Source: an uncultured Oscillospiraceae bacterium
Lineage (GTDB): Bacteria; Bacillota; Clostridia; Oscillospirales; Acutalibacteraceae
Direction of reading: 5' to 3'
Assembly: GCA_900544715.1 (NCBI GenBank)
Contig: UQWL01000007.1
Span: 35,043 to 99,042, forward strand
Length of the DNA: 64,000 nucleotides
Of the stretch, positions 27,646-37,235 are shown piece after piece. Within the stretch, counting starts at the first letter, position 1. Each line of letters begins with the position of its first letter. The notes beneath the pieces are model-generated. The model had not been told where the DNA came from and did not search any database. It worked only from the letters and a program-made list of their open reading frames with translations. The position numbers were made by a program, and so were the translations under genes.

Positions 27646-29861
27646 TCCAATTCCTCCTTTGACAGCTGGGATTGTGCGATCTCGCGATAGGTCGGGCAGA
27701 TTTCAAGAAGCTCCCTGTGCGTCCCCTTGCCGACAATGCGCCCTTCATCGAGTACGATGATCTGCTGCGCGTTCATAATGGTGCTCACGCGCTGCGCGAC
27801 GATCAGCACGGTGGAGTCGCCGGTGTGCTCCTGCAATGCGCGGCGCAGAGCGGCGTCCGTTTTGAAGTCGAGGGCGGAGAAGCTGTCGTCAAAGATATAG
27901 ACCGGCGCTTTTTTGGCGAGCGCCCGTGCAATGGAGAGGCGTTGCTTCTGCCCACCGGAGACGTTGCCGCCCCCCTGTGCGATGGGTGTTTTCATCCCCT
28001 CCGGCTTTTCCTGTATGAATTCCTGCGCTTGGGCGATAGAGGCTGCCAGCGCGAGGTCGTCTTCGTTTGCGTCCGGCGCGCCGTAGCGGAGGTTAGAATC
28101 GATATCGCCGGAGAAGAGGACGCCCTTCTGCGGCACATAGCCGATTTTGGACCGCAACTCGTGCTGCGAAATGTTGCGTACATCCACGCCGTCGAACAGG
28201 ATTTCGCCCTGCGTAACGTCATAAAAGCGGGGGATCAGGTTAATCAGCGTTGATTTGCCGGAGCCGGTAGAGCCGATGAATGCGGTGGTTTCACCCGGCT
28301 TCGCCGTGAAGGAGATATCGCTGATCACATCTTCATCCGCGTTTTCATAGCGGAAGCAAACGTTGCGGAATTCGATCTCCCCGCGCGGATGGGCCCCGAG
28401 AGAAACCGGCTGCTCTGCATCGCGCACAGAGGGCTCGGTGGCAAGCACTTCGTTAACACGGTTGACGGATACCGCTGCGCGCGGCATGAGGATGAAGGTC
28501 ATGCAGATCATCAAAAACGCCATGATAATTTGCATCGCATACTGCATGAAGGCCATCATATCGCCCACCTGCATGGTGGCTTGCTCAATTTGATGCCCGC
28601 CGACCCACACGATCACGAGACTCATCACATTCATCAAAAACATCATTGCGGGCATCATAAAGGCGGTAACACGGTTGACGAAGCGGTAGTTGCGGGTCAG
28701 GTTGCGGTTGGCGACCTCAAACCGATCCTCCTCATAAGCCTGCGTGCCGAAGGCGCGGATGACCATCATGCCGCTTAGGTGCTCACGCACAACGAGATTC
28801 AAGCGGTCAACCAGCTTCTGGACGAGCTTGAATTTTGGCATGACGATCGAATAGATCACGGCGATAAAGCCGATCAGGATCAGCACGCACACCGCGATTA
28901 TCCAGCTCATGGAGGTGCTCTTCGACAGCGCCATCACCACGCCGCCCACGCCGATAATCGGCGCATACAAAAGCGTGCGGGGCACCATGACGAAAAGGAA
29001 CTGGATCTGCGTGATATCATTTGTCGTCCGCGTGATGAGAGAGGCGGTTGAGAACTGATCGAACTCCCCATTGGAGAACGAGGCGACCTTCTGGAACACA
29101 TCGTGGCGCATATCGCGGCAGATGCCGGCGGCGAAGCGCGCAGAGCAGAAGGTGACGCCGATGACGCAAAGCACCATGCCGAGCGTCATAAGCAGCATTT
29201 TAAGCCCCGTGATGAGGATATAATTGCGTTCAATATGATCTGTGTTGACGCCGAGCTCTTTATAGAGCTGCTTTGTCATTACAACGCCCATCTGCGAGCC
29301 AATGGAAGGGTCCGTCTTTGCGGCGGCCTGCTGCGCCTGCTCGAGCACCTGCGGCGGCATGGCCTTGATGAGCGCCCCCATCGCATAGAGCTTTGACAGG
29401 TCGGTATCCGACAGATCAGCCTGATCGGCGGAAATCGTCTGGCCGCTCGCCTTGGCCTGCGCCTGCATCAGGCTCATCAGGGTGGACATGCCGCGGCCAT
29501 AGGCTGCGGCCGCGGCGGAATCCTCTTCTGTGGAGAGGATGGCAACCGCCTCTGTTTTCAGCAGAGGATATTCTTCTGTATACTGCTGCGCCTCCTGCGC
29601 GCCGGGCTGTATGGTTTTGTAGCTCGATTCCATCTGCGCTTTGTCCTCTGCGGTCATCAGCGATTCAAAGAAATCGAGCCCTTTGCGGCTGAGGGCCTTT
29701 GGCGCCTGTTCAGAGATACCGCCCTGCTGAATGCCGACATTGACGATATCGGACATCAGGTTTGGCAGGTTTAGATCGCACGCCGCCTGTACAAAAAGCA
29801 AAACAACGCAGATCAGGATGGGAAGCACATAGGGCTTTGCATAATGCAAAAGCTTTTTCAT
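27642..29861 (-). CDS. ABC exporter, fused domains, the degenerate-site half of the heterodimer, carrying a large extracytoplasmic insertion.
   Basis: Walker A GSTGSGKST. The Walker B is IFDDSFSALD, with Asp where the catalytic Glu should be. About 170 aa are inserted between TM1 and TM2. It overlaps its partner by 4 nt. Confidence 0.85.
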   Translation of the reverse strand: MKKLLHYAKPYVLPILICVVLLFVQAACDLNLPNLMSDIVNVGIQQGGISEQAPKALSRKGLDFFESLMTAEDKAQMESSYKTIQPGAQEAQQYTEEYPLLKTEAVAILSTEEDSAAAAAYGRGMSTLMSLMQAQAKASGQTISADQADLSDTDLSKLYAMGALIKAMPPQVLEQAQQAAAKTDPSIGSQMGVVMTKQLYKELGVNTDHIERNYILITGLKMLLMTLGMVLCVIGVTFCSARFAAGICRDMRHDVFQKVASFSNGEFDQFSTASLITRTTNDITQIQFLFVMVPRTLLYAPIIGVGGVVMALSKSTSMSWIIAVCVLILIGFIAVIYSIVMPKFKLVQKLVDRLNLVVREHLSGMMVIRAFGTQAYEEDRFEVANRNLTRNYRFVNRVTAFMMPAMMFLMNVMSLVIVWVGGHQIEQATMQVGDMMAFMQYAMQIIMAFLMICMTFILMPRAAVSVNRVNEVLATEPSVRDAEQPVSLGAHPRGEIEFRNVCFRYENADEDVISDISFTAKPGETTAFIGSTGSGKSTLINLIPRFYDVTQGEILFDGVDVRNISQHELRSKIGYVPQKGVLFSGDIDSNLRYGAPDANEDDLALAASIAQAQEFIQEKPEGMKTPIAQGGGNVSGGQKQRLSIARALAKKAPVYIFDDSFSALDFKTDAALRRALQEHTGDSTVLIVAQRVSTIMNAQQIIVLDEGRIVGKGTHRELLEICPTYREIAQSQLSKEELE

Positions 29862-30056
29862 TCGATCACCCTTTCCTTAACAGCGCGCCCCTGCACGCTG
29901 CCTCCGGGTTTCCTCCGGATAATAGTTAACATGATTAATTGATATTATAGTAGCTAAAATGGAACTGTCAAGATCAAAGGAAGCAATCACAAATTCTTTT
30001 ACAAACCGTTCACAATAGAGACATTCTTTCAATATTAGGGCCTTTTATTTTTATGC

Positions 30057-30085
30057 TTGACAAGCTGGAGACAAAAGGATAGACT
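30057..30085 (+). promoter_or_regulatory. Promoter for marR (TTGACA, 17 nt, TAGACT).
   Basis: TTGACA at 30057-30062 and TAGACT at 30080-30085, 17 nt apart. Confidence 0.45.
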
Positions 30086-30114
30086 AAAATTAATTAACCA
30101 AGGCAATTAATTTT
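30086..30114. promoter_or_regulatory. Candidate MarR operator: perfect 10-bp inverted repeat AAAATTAATT-N9-AATTAATTTT.
   Basis: It starts immediately after the -10 element, 21 nt before the marR ATG, in the divergent region shared with the ABC exporter operon. Confidence 0.45.
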
Positions 30115-30134
30115 GACGCTGGGGGGCGTTCTGC

Positions 30135-30623
30135 ATGGATGGAATAGAATATGAGCTGATTGAAGTGGTGTTTGAAGCGAAGCACAGCCTGCATCAGGTA
30201 ATCCATTTTGCCAATGTCCCCCGCGGCACGTTCGCGGCGCTGTTTTTAATCGATCAGATGAATCGAGAGCCGCAGCAGGAGCGGGCCGTACCGGGCGTGA
30301 CGGTATCCATGCTCAGCGACCGGCTTCACAACTCCCGCCCAGCGGTCACCCGGTTAATCAATGATCTGGAGGAGCAGGGTTATGTCGTCAAGCTTACCGC
30401 AAAGCAGGATAGGCGCTTTGTTTACCTGATGCTGACGCAGGAGGGGCAGGCGGTTCTCTGCCAGGCAAAGCGCACCTTTTTTGCGGCGGTACATGAGATT
30501 GTGCAGATGCTTGGGGAGGAGGATTCCCGCGAGTTGCTGCGGCTTTTGCGGCGGATTGCTCAACTGCATCCACAGGGCGGGAATGAGCAACCCGCGCTTG
30601 ACAAAATGGATGGGGCGGAATAG
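30135..30623 (+). CDS. MarR-family transcriptional regulator.
   Basis: Winged-helix core (VTVSMLSDRLHNSRPAVTRLINDLEEQGYVVKLTAKQDRRFVYLMLTQEGQ). Confidence 0.85.
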   Translation: MDGIEYELIEVVFEAKHSLHQVIHFANVPRGTFAALFLIDQMNREPQQERAVPGVTVSMLSDRLHNSRPAVTRLINDLEEQGYVVKLTAKQDRRFVYLMLTQEGQAVLCQAKRTFFAAVHEIVQMLGEEDSRELLRLLRRIAQLHPQGGNEQPALDKMDGAE

Positions 30624-30726
30624 CGCTGCGCCGGCCCTTTGTAGGAATGGTTGGAAGAAAAGGAGCCGCTGCAAAATGGAACACATTTTGCAGCGGCTCT
30701 ATTATTTCACAATTTAATTGAGAAAC

Positions 30727-31590
30727 TTACTCCAGCTCTTTCAAGGCCTGCTCTTCTTCCTTTGCCACGCGGATCTGCGAATCCTTCACGATCCGTACCT
30801 CCTTGCGATGGATGGAAACCGGGGCGGCGTCCGGCCGCTTATGGAGGCGGATCTTGAGCATCCCGGTCAAAAGGTTGGTATCGATCACAACGCCGCGGCC
30901 CTCCTTGGTATCCACGATCGCACCATTTTTGGGCGTAACGCGCAGGAGGTGCTCATAGGCATTTTGCTCATATTTCAGGCAGCACATCAGCCTGCCGCAG
31001 GTGCCGCTGATCTTGACGGGGTTGAGGGAAATCCCCTGCTCCTTCGCCATTTTGATGGAGACGGATTGAAAATCACCCAAAAAGGTGCTGCAGCAAAATG
31101 GGCGGCCGCAGATGCCCAATCCCCCCAGCAGTTTTGATTCATCGCGCACGCCAATCTGACGGAGCTCAATGCGCGTGCGGAACACGCTTGCGAGATCCTT
31201 GACCAGCTCGCGGAAATCAACGCGCCCATCCGCTGTAAAGTAAAACATGATTTTGCTCCGGTCAAAGGTGTATTCCACTTCGACGAGCTTCATCTCCAGC
31301 TTATGCGCCGCAATTTTTTGCAGGCAGATCTGAAATGCATCTTTTTCCTTGGCGTGGTTTTCCGCCACGATTTTTAAATCCTCGGACGTGGCGGTGCGAA
31401 TGATCATTTTCAGAGGCTTTACGATCTGATCATCCGGCACCTCTCGGTTTTCCATTGCCACCTCGCCGCATTCAATGCCGCGCGCTGTTTCCACAATGAC
31501 AGGATCGCCCTTGGAAAAGGGCTTGTCATCCGGGTCGAAGTAATATACTTTTCCAGCGCCCTTAAAACGGACGCCTACAATTTCGGCCAT
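30727..31590 (-). CDS. yaaT: PSP1 domain protein RicT/YaaT.
   Basis: The sequence aligns along its full length with B. subtilis YaaT (Cys cluster GICGRPFCCSTFL...GTCGRLMCCLKYE). It sits next to holB as in Bacillus. Confidence 0.8.
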   Translation of the reverse strand: MAEIVGVRFKGAGKVYYFDPDDKPFSKGDPVIVETARGIECGEVAMENREVPDDQIVKPLKMIIRTATSEDLKIVAENHAKEKDAFQICLQKIAAHKLEMKLVEVEYTFDRSKIMFYFTADGRVDFRELVKDLASVFRTRIELRQIGVRDESKLLGGLGICGRPFCCSTFLGDFQSVSIKMAKEQGISLNPVKISGTCGRLMCCLKYEQNAYEHLLRVTPKNGAIVDTKEGRGVVIDTNLLTGMLKIRLHKRPDAAPVSIHRKEVRIVKDSQIRVAKEEEQALKELE

Positions 31591-31620
31591 ATATTTATAA
31601 TTCCTCCGTTACATATCGAT

Positions 31621-32508
31621 CTATCGTTCTTTCCCAGCGGCGCGCCTGAGCGTACTGCACAGCCGCGTGATGAGCAAATTTTGATTGGCGTTTCGCAGCA
31701 GGCTGCGGTTTAAGCTGCTGATTGCGTCGATTACGGCCAGAAGCCGCTCTTGCGTGAGCGCCCCTGCAAGGTAGGCTGCCGTTTCATCCGCCGGCTTCAT
31801 CCCGCAGCTGATACGCGCCGCCTCCCGGAAGATCAGCGTCATGCGCACAAGGCACAGGGCGGTCAGATCTTTATCCTTTTCGAGCTTTCCGGTCAGAGAG
31901 AGCAGCGGGAATTCCGACGCGGCTGCCACCGCGCGCGCCATCTGGTCAGCGAGGTCGTTTGCCTTCTGCTCCTTTTTGCCCGCGGCGGCCGTGAGCTCCT
32001 GCGCGGGCGCATCCAGTGTAAACGTGGTCACACGGGAGAGGATGGTAGGCAGCATTTTGGTTTTGGAATCGCAGGTAAGCAGAAACACCGCATAGGCGGG
32101 CGGTTCCTCCAACACCTTGAGTAGGGCGTTCTGCGCCTGGGGGGACATCGACTGCGCGTTGAGCAGCAGATAGGCTTTATAGGGAGCCTCGTTCGGCAGG
32201 ATAAACACATCCTCCCGCACCTCACGCACGGTTTCAATATGGAAGGAGCGGGCTGCTTCGCCGCCCTCCGCCTCCAAAATATCCGGGTGCGCCTGAGCTG
32301 CGGCTTTCTGGCAGGCGGCGCATTTGCCACACGGATGCTCACCGGGCGAAGTACATACCAACGCCTGCGCGATCAGGCGGGCCAGGGCTTTGCGCTCCTG
32401 CGCTGAGCCGCCCTCGATGAGGACAGCATGCGGGAACCGGCCCGCATCCAAAAGCTGTGCGATCTGCTTGCAAGCCTGCGGGCTTGCGCGAAAAGAAGCA
32501 AACTTCAT
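31621..32508 (-). CDS. holB: DNA polymerase III delta' subunit.
   Basis: N-terminal RFC-box-like motifs (HAVLIEGGSAQERKALARLIAQALVC, Zn-finger CGKCAACQK) and synteny with yaaT. Confidence 0.8.
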   Translation of the reverse strand: MKFASFRASPQACKQIAQLLDAGRFPHAVLIEGGSAQERKALARLIAQALVCTSPGEHPCGKCAACQKAAAQAHPDILEAEGGEAARSFHIETVREVREDVFILPNEAPYKAYLLLNAQSMSPQAQNALLKVLEEPPAYAVFLLTCDSKTKMLPTILSRVTTFTLDAPAQELTAAAGKKEQKANDLADQMARAVAAASEFPLLSLTGKLEKDKDLTALCLVRMTLIFREAARISCGMKPADETAAYLAGALTQERLLAVIDAISSLNRSLLRNANQNLLITRLCSTLRRAAGKER

Positions 32509-32522
32509 AGCGCTCCCTTGCC

Positions 32523-32846
32523 TTACAGCTTATAAAACTGCGCCACATCCAGCACAAATACCGTTGCACCGCCGACCGTGATCTCGACGGGGGCGGACAT
32601 GAGCGGCTCATTGATGTAGGTAGATGCGGGCTGGACGAGCTGCGTGCGCTTGCGGCTGAAGCGGCCGATCAGGTCGATCAGCTCGGAAACACGCTCATCC
32701 TCCACGCCGATGAGGAGCGTGACGTTTCCCGCCCGCAGGAAGCCGCCGGAGGTGGAGAGCTTGGTGGCGCTGAACTCCGCGCGGGTAATCTCAGAGAGCA
32801 CGGCGTGGCTGTCATCATTATTGACAATTGCAACGACCAATTTCAT
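32523..32846 (-). CDS. darA: Cyclic-di-AMP receptor protein DarA (PII-like, YaaQ/PstA).
   Basis: 107 aa, matching B. subtilis DarA closely (KLSTSGGFLRAGNVTLLIGVEDERV...VEITVGGATVFVL). Confidence 0.8.
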   Translation of the reverse strand: MKLVVAIVNNDDSHAVLSEITRAEFSATKLSTSGGFLRAGNVTLLIGVEDERVSELIDLIGRFSRKRTQLVQPASTYINEPLMSAPVEITVGGATVFVLDVAQFYKL

Positions 32847-32940
32847 AATAAAACCATCCTTTCACGAAATCGCTGGGATGTGAATCATTGGGGGAAACGA
32901 ATGGGCCATCTAGCCCCACTCCATTATAATGCACCGCGCG

Positions 32941-34281
32941 CTATTTTACAACTTCAATCTCTAAAATACCAGATTGCGCCAGCAGGCCGGCGCATTCCGG
33001 GGTGATGCGTTCCCCCGGCATGATGGCGGGGATTGCGGGCGGGCAGGGGCATGCGGTTTCTGCGGCAATGCGGCCCTGCGCTTTGCACAGCGGGATCCGC
33101 ACCCTTGGAGCAAGGAGCGCTTCACGGGGCGACGCCGCAACGGGCGGCGGGGCGGGCAGCAAAGAGGAGGGCGAAAAGGGCTCGCCCACAGGCATCGTTG
33201 CCAGCGCCGCACGCAGGCGGGCAAAGTCAGCCTCACTGTTGAAGGGGGAGAGCAGCAGGATCAGGAAGGCCTCATCCGCATATTCCGCTTCGATCCCCGC
33301 ACTGCGCAGGTGAAGGGCGGCCCGCTTCCCGCTGACGCCCGCGTGCGCGGTGTTCCAAACGAGATGGAGCGGGTCGCACAGCCCTTCCGGCGGGAGGAAA
33401 CCGAGCGCCTGGGCATAAGCGTTGAGTTCGTTTGCCTGGGCAGCCGTTTTGGCATAGGCGGCTTGCCCCTCCCCCTCCAGCCACGCGCGGCACAGGTCGA
33501 GCGAAAGCAGGATGGGGAAGGAAGGGCTTGTGGAGCCGAACAGCGCCATTGCATCTCGCACCTGGGGCAGATAGCGGCTGCTGCCAACCTGCAAATAAGC
33601 GCCGCCCGTGAGCACGGGTAGTGTTTTGTGCGCAGAGTCGGCACACATTGCGGCCCCTTGGGAAAGCGGGTGGAGCCTGCGGTCAAGGAAGAAAAGGTGC
33701 GCGCCGTGCGCGTTATCCACAATCACGGGCACATGATAGTTCCGTGCCACGGTGCAAATTGCATTTAAATCGCTCATCACGCCGTAATAATCCGGCGTGG
33801 TGAGGTAAATGGCCTTTGCATCCGGGTGCGTTTGCAGCGCTTTTGCTACATCATCCACCTGGATTCTCCCGGCAAGGCCGGGCCCGGCGTTTTGCCTGGG
33901 CCAAACCCATACGGGCGTAATGCCCAGCAGCGCCATCGCATTCACCGCGCTGCGGTGAACGGTGCGGCCCAGGATGACCTCCCCGCCCAGCGGCGCGGCA
34001 AGGCGCAGCATGGCCTGGATGCACAGCGTGCACCCGCCTGCGGAGAAAAACGTGCCCGCCGTGCCAAAGGCTTTTGCCGCCGCCTGTTCCGCCAACAGGG
34101 TGGGGCCTTCTGCGTCAAAAAGGCTACCGGTGGAGGGAAGCTCTGTCACATCGAAGCAGGGCATTTCCCCCAATGGGGCAAGGCAGTCCGCTCGGCCCTT
34201 GTGCCCAGGCATATGGAGGCTGACCTGTTCTGTTTGCCGGTGCCGCATCAATGCCTCATAAAGCGGGGCGCAAGCGCTCAT
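32941..34281 (-). CDS. Orn/Lys/Arg decarboxylase family PLP enzyme (YaaO-like).
   Basis: LHMPGHKG start and SAHKTLPVLTGGAYL, where the lysine binds PLP. The position next to darA mirrors yaaO in Bacillus. Confidence 0.7.
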   Translation of the reverse strand: MSACAPLYEALMRHRQTEQVSLHMPGHKGRADCLAPLGEMPCFDVTELPSTGSLFDAEGPTLLAEQAAAKAFGTAGTFFSAGGCTLCIQAMLRLAAPLGGEVILGRTVHRSAVNAMALLGITPVWVWPRQNAGPGLAGRIQVDDVAKALQTHPDAKAIYLTTPDYYGVMSDLNAICTVARNYHVPVIVDNAHGAHLFFLDRRLHPLSQGAAMCADSAHKTLPVLTGGAYLQVGSSRYLPQVRDAMALFGSTSPSFPILLSLDLCRAWLEGEGQAAYAKTAAQANELNAYAQALGFLPPEGLCDPLHLVWNTAHAGVSGKRAALHLRSAGIEAEYADEAFLILLLSPFNSEADFARLRAALATMPVGEPFSPSSLLPAPPPVAASPREALLAPRVRIPLCKAQGRIAAETACPCPPAIPAIMPGERITPECAGLLAQSGILEIEVVK

Positions 34282-35159
34282 CTGGGATCCCTACTTTCTG
34301 CTAAGGATTCAGATTGAGATCTTCCATCCAGGGGAGCGGAGAGCAGTTTCAGATTCCGCTCGATCACCTTCCTGCCGCGCCAGGCGTAGGCCCTGCCCTC
34401 GAGCGGGCCGTTTTCGGCAGCCGAGGCCTGAAAGGTATGAATGAATTCCGGCAGGGGCTGAATAGCCGCCCGCGCGTTCATCGGGCAGGTAGTCTGGCAG
34501 ATGTCGCAGCCCCACGCACAGCCTGAGCGGCGGATGAGGGAGGATTCTTGTTCGCTGAGGTTGCCTTTTCGCTGCGTCAGAGCGGACATGCACTTGGATT
34601 GATCCAGCCCACCGGCGGTCAATGCCCCAGTGGGGCAGGCGGTGACACACCTCCCACAGCCAATGCAGGGGCGAATTTCATGCGGCGGGGCGTCAATCGG
34701 CAGCGTTGTGACGATCTCCCCAATGAATACCCAGGAGCCATAACGCGCATGAATCAAAAGGCCGTTTTGGCCGATGCACCCAAGCCCGGCCAGTGCGGCG
34801 GCGCGCACCTCCGGAATTGGGGAATTATCGGTAAAGGGCACGAATGCTTCTGCGGGAAACGCCTGCTCCAGGGCGGATACAGCGCGTTTGAGGTATTGCG
34901 GTACGATCTCGTGATAATCCCCCACCGCGGCATAGCGGGATAGGTTCCCGCCCCGATAGGCGGCCTCCTCCATCGCATAGGGGAAGAGCGCCACCAATAT
35001 GGATTTCGCTTGCTCAGGCAGCCGCTCCTTTGCCTGGCATTCGAGAAGCTGGGGGCGCAGCGGTTCAAACGGGCAGCAGCCAAAAACCGGAATGCCGGCG
35101 CCGGATAAAATGGTTTCGATTTTTTGCAACTGTTCCATCGTACGGTTCCCTTTCTTCAT
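34278..35159 (-). CDS. Iron-sulfur protein with two 4Fe-4S motifs, possibly QueG-like epoxyqueuosine reductase (DUF1730).
   Basis: CIGCGRCVTACP and CAWGCDICQTTCP. At 293 aa it is shorter than a canonical QueG. Confidence 0.4.
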   Translation of the reverse strand: MKKGNRTMEQLQKIETILSGAGIPVFGCCPFEPLRPQLLECQAKERLPEQAKSILVALFPYAMEEAAYRGGNLSRYAAVGDYHEIVPQYLKRAVSALEQAFPAEAFVPFTDNSPIPEVRAAALAGLGCIGQNGLLIHARYGSWVFIGEIVTTLPIDAPPHEIRPCIGCGRCVTACPTGALTAGGLDQSKCMSALTQRKGNLSEQESSLIRRSGCAWGCDICQTTCPMNARAAIQPLPEFIHTFQASAAENGPLEGRAYAWRGRKVIERNLKLLSAPLDGRSQSESLAESRDPR

Positions 35160-35174
35160 ATGTTTGTATACTTG

Positions 35175-36101
35175 TTATACGGTTTGGGATAAAGCGATCA
35201 TCAAGGGCATCGTTAGAATGGAGAGGAAGGTGATCACGGCAACCGCTTTGGAAGCAAGCCCGGTATCGCGGCCGTATTTGGCGGCGAACATGACGGTGTT
35301 GTTCGCTGTGGGCGCGCTTGCGGAAATGATGCAGGAGGTCAGCAGCGCCCCCGTGATACCGCACAGGCGGAAAATCAGCAGCATGAGGGCAGGCAGCACA
35401 AGCAGCTTGAGCATGGCCGCCAAATAGATTTTTTTCTCCCGAAACATCGTTTTTAAATCCGTGTTGGCAAGATAGGTGCCGAACATAATCATTGCCATCG
35501 GTGTGTTCAGCCCGGCAATAAAGGAGATGGGGTCCGCCAGCACAACAGGCAGCTTTACCTCCAGCAGGTAAAGCGGTAGGCCAATGGCAACGGAGATCGT
35601 GCCCGGGTTGAACAAAAGCTTTTTCCAATTGAATTGCTTCCCACCGGACATCACGGCCACGCCGTGCGTAAAGCAGACAACATTGAAGGGAATCAGGCAG
35701 GCGGAGCAATAAAATACGCCGGGCGCGCCGAGCAGCGCCTGCGCCATGGGCAGCGCCATATAGCCGACGTTCCCATAAACACTCGCATAGCGGTAAATAG
35801 CGTTTTCCTCACGGTTTCCCCTGCGAAAAAAGGGGAGGGAGATCAAGATTGCAGCGCCATGCATGGCAAATCCGCAAACAGCGGAGATCAGCAGCGCGGT
35901 GGCGTTTTCCGCCGTCAGCTCCATGGAGAGGAAGGATTGTGTGATGATTGCGGGTGTAACAATGTAAAAAAGGAGGTCGTTCGTCATCCGAGCGGCCTTT
36001 TCCTGATAAAGTCCGGTTTTATCTGCAAAAAAACCGACGGCGATCATGATATATAAAATAAGCACCTGCTGCGCGGCAGTCGCCATATTTTCTAAAAACA
36101 A
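35175..36101 (-). CDS. AEC-family transporter (auxin efflux carrier / malate permease-like).
   Basis: Ten-TM protein with the family's MFLENMATAAQQVLILYIMIAVGFFADKTGL start. Confidence 0.7.
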   Translation of the reverse strand: MFLENMATAAQQVLILYIMIAVGFFADKTGLYQEKAARMTNDLLFYIVTPAIITQSFLSMELTAENATALLISAVCGFAMHGAAILISLPFFRRGNREENAIYRYASVYGNVGYMALPMAQALLGAPGVFYCSACLIPFNVVCFTHGVAVMSGGKQFNWKKLLFNPGTISVAIGLPLYLLEVKLPVVLADPISFIAGLNTPMAMIMFGTYLANTDLKTMFREKKIYLAAMLKLLVLPALMLLIFRLCGITGALLTSCIISASAPTANNTVMFAAKYGRDTGLASKAVAVITFLSILTMPLMIALSQTV

Positions 36102-36177
36102 AACAATTCCCCGCTTTGCAAGAAGGATTCAAAATAAAAGAAAGGCGGGCTTTTGCCCGCCCCAGAGGTTATGTTTG

Positions 36178-37092
36178 TTAGGCGACATCTCCAACGTCAA
36201 TTTTTCGCATTGCAAAGGCTCCTTGGATCAGGACAAATAGGATCAGCAGCGATGCCATCAGGTCGCACAGCTCAAAGGGGGATTGCGCGGCAAGCTGAGA
36301 AGAGCGGCCGATGATAACCATCACTAAGCGCGGCACAGAGCAGGCGAAGCCAAACAGGGCGGCCGGTAATCCATAGCCATACAGGCTCCACATAACACCG
36401 CGGTCGTCCACATGGGCGCAGATCCGTGCAAAATTCAGGAAGAACAGCAGCATCGCGGCGAGCATGAACAATTCCAGCAGGAGATCGGAGATGTTTTTAA
36501 AATTGATCGTGCGGGAGAAGCGGAAGATCATGCGGGCCATGATCCAGCACAGCGGTGCAACCGCAAGCAGCTTAAATTGAGAATAATCCAGCTTACCTGT
36601 GGCATAGTGATAACCAAAAAAGAGGAAGAACACGCAGCTGAGCACTGCGAACAGCACTTCAAAGATCAGGGCAAAGCCGCCGGTTTTGATGAGGTAAAGA
36701 AACAGGCTTGTATTCTGCTGCATCACAAGCGCGTTGCGCTCCGAGAGAATATTCAGGAAGTTTTCCGTTTGAGAAATGGCATCCACCACCAGCGAAACAG
36801 CGAAAAGAAGCGATACGATGCCAAGGCCGATATTTTTCCGTTTCCACAGCCGCACAGGCACATCTCCGCTCAAATAGGAGATTGCCACCAGCACAACCGT
36901 GAACACGGCGAGCAGAATATACAGCGCGGGAATTGTGGCGCTGTGGCCGGAATAAAAGCCGGTTTCCGGCTCGACCAGCCGCATCAGCTGATAGGTGCGC
37001 AGCGGCAGAATAGCCACCAGCCCCGCGGCGAAAATACAAAGAACAGCCATCATCGGGATGGATTCGAAACGCCCTTTGAGCTTGAGCTTCAT
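36178..37092 (-). CDS. Hypothetical polytopic membrane protein.
   Basis: 304 aa with about 8 TM helices. I recognise no family. Confidence 0.4.
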   Translation of the reverse strand: MKLKLKGRFESIPMMAVLCIFAAGLVAILPLRTYQLMRLVEPETGFYSGHSATIPALYILLAVFTVVLVAISYLSGDVPVRLWKRKNIGLGIVSLLFAVSLVVDAISQTENFLNILSERNALVMQQNTSLFLYLIKTGGFALIFEVLFAVLSCVFFLFFGYHYATGKLDYSQFKLLAVAPLCWIMARMIFRFSRTINFKNISDLLLELFMLAAMLLFFLNFARICAHVDDRGVMWSLYGYGLPAALFGFACSVPRLVMVIIGRSSQLAAQSPFELCDLMASLLILFVLIQGAFAMRKIDVGDVA

Positions 37093-37235
37093 AAATCAAT
37101 CACTCCTGCTTTTTGATGCGGAACAAAACATTGCCGAATGGTTCCGCGTAAATAGGATATGCGCTGTATGGTTCGTGTTCAGGTTGTTTGCTCGATCTAT
37201 CCGGGCTATACAAGCCGGCCGCCCGGCTCAGGCCG

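Noticed and set aside
26170-28778. Several plus-strand ORFs antisense to the two ABC exporter genes (26170-26847, 27672-28253 and a His-rich 129-aa ORF at 28389-28778).
   Set aside because: They are shadow ORFs. The His/Asp-rich composition is the mirror image of the sense strand's codon usage. No start signals.
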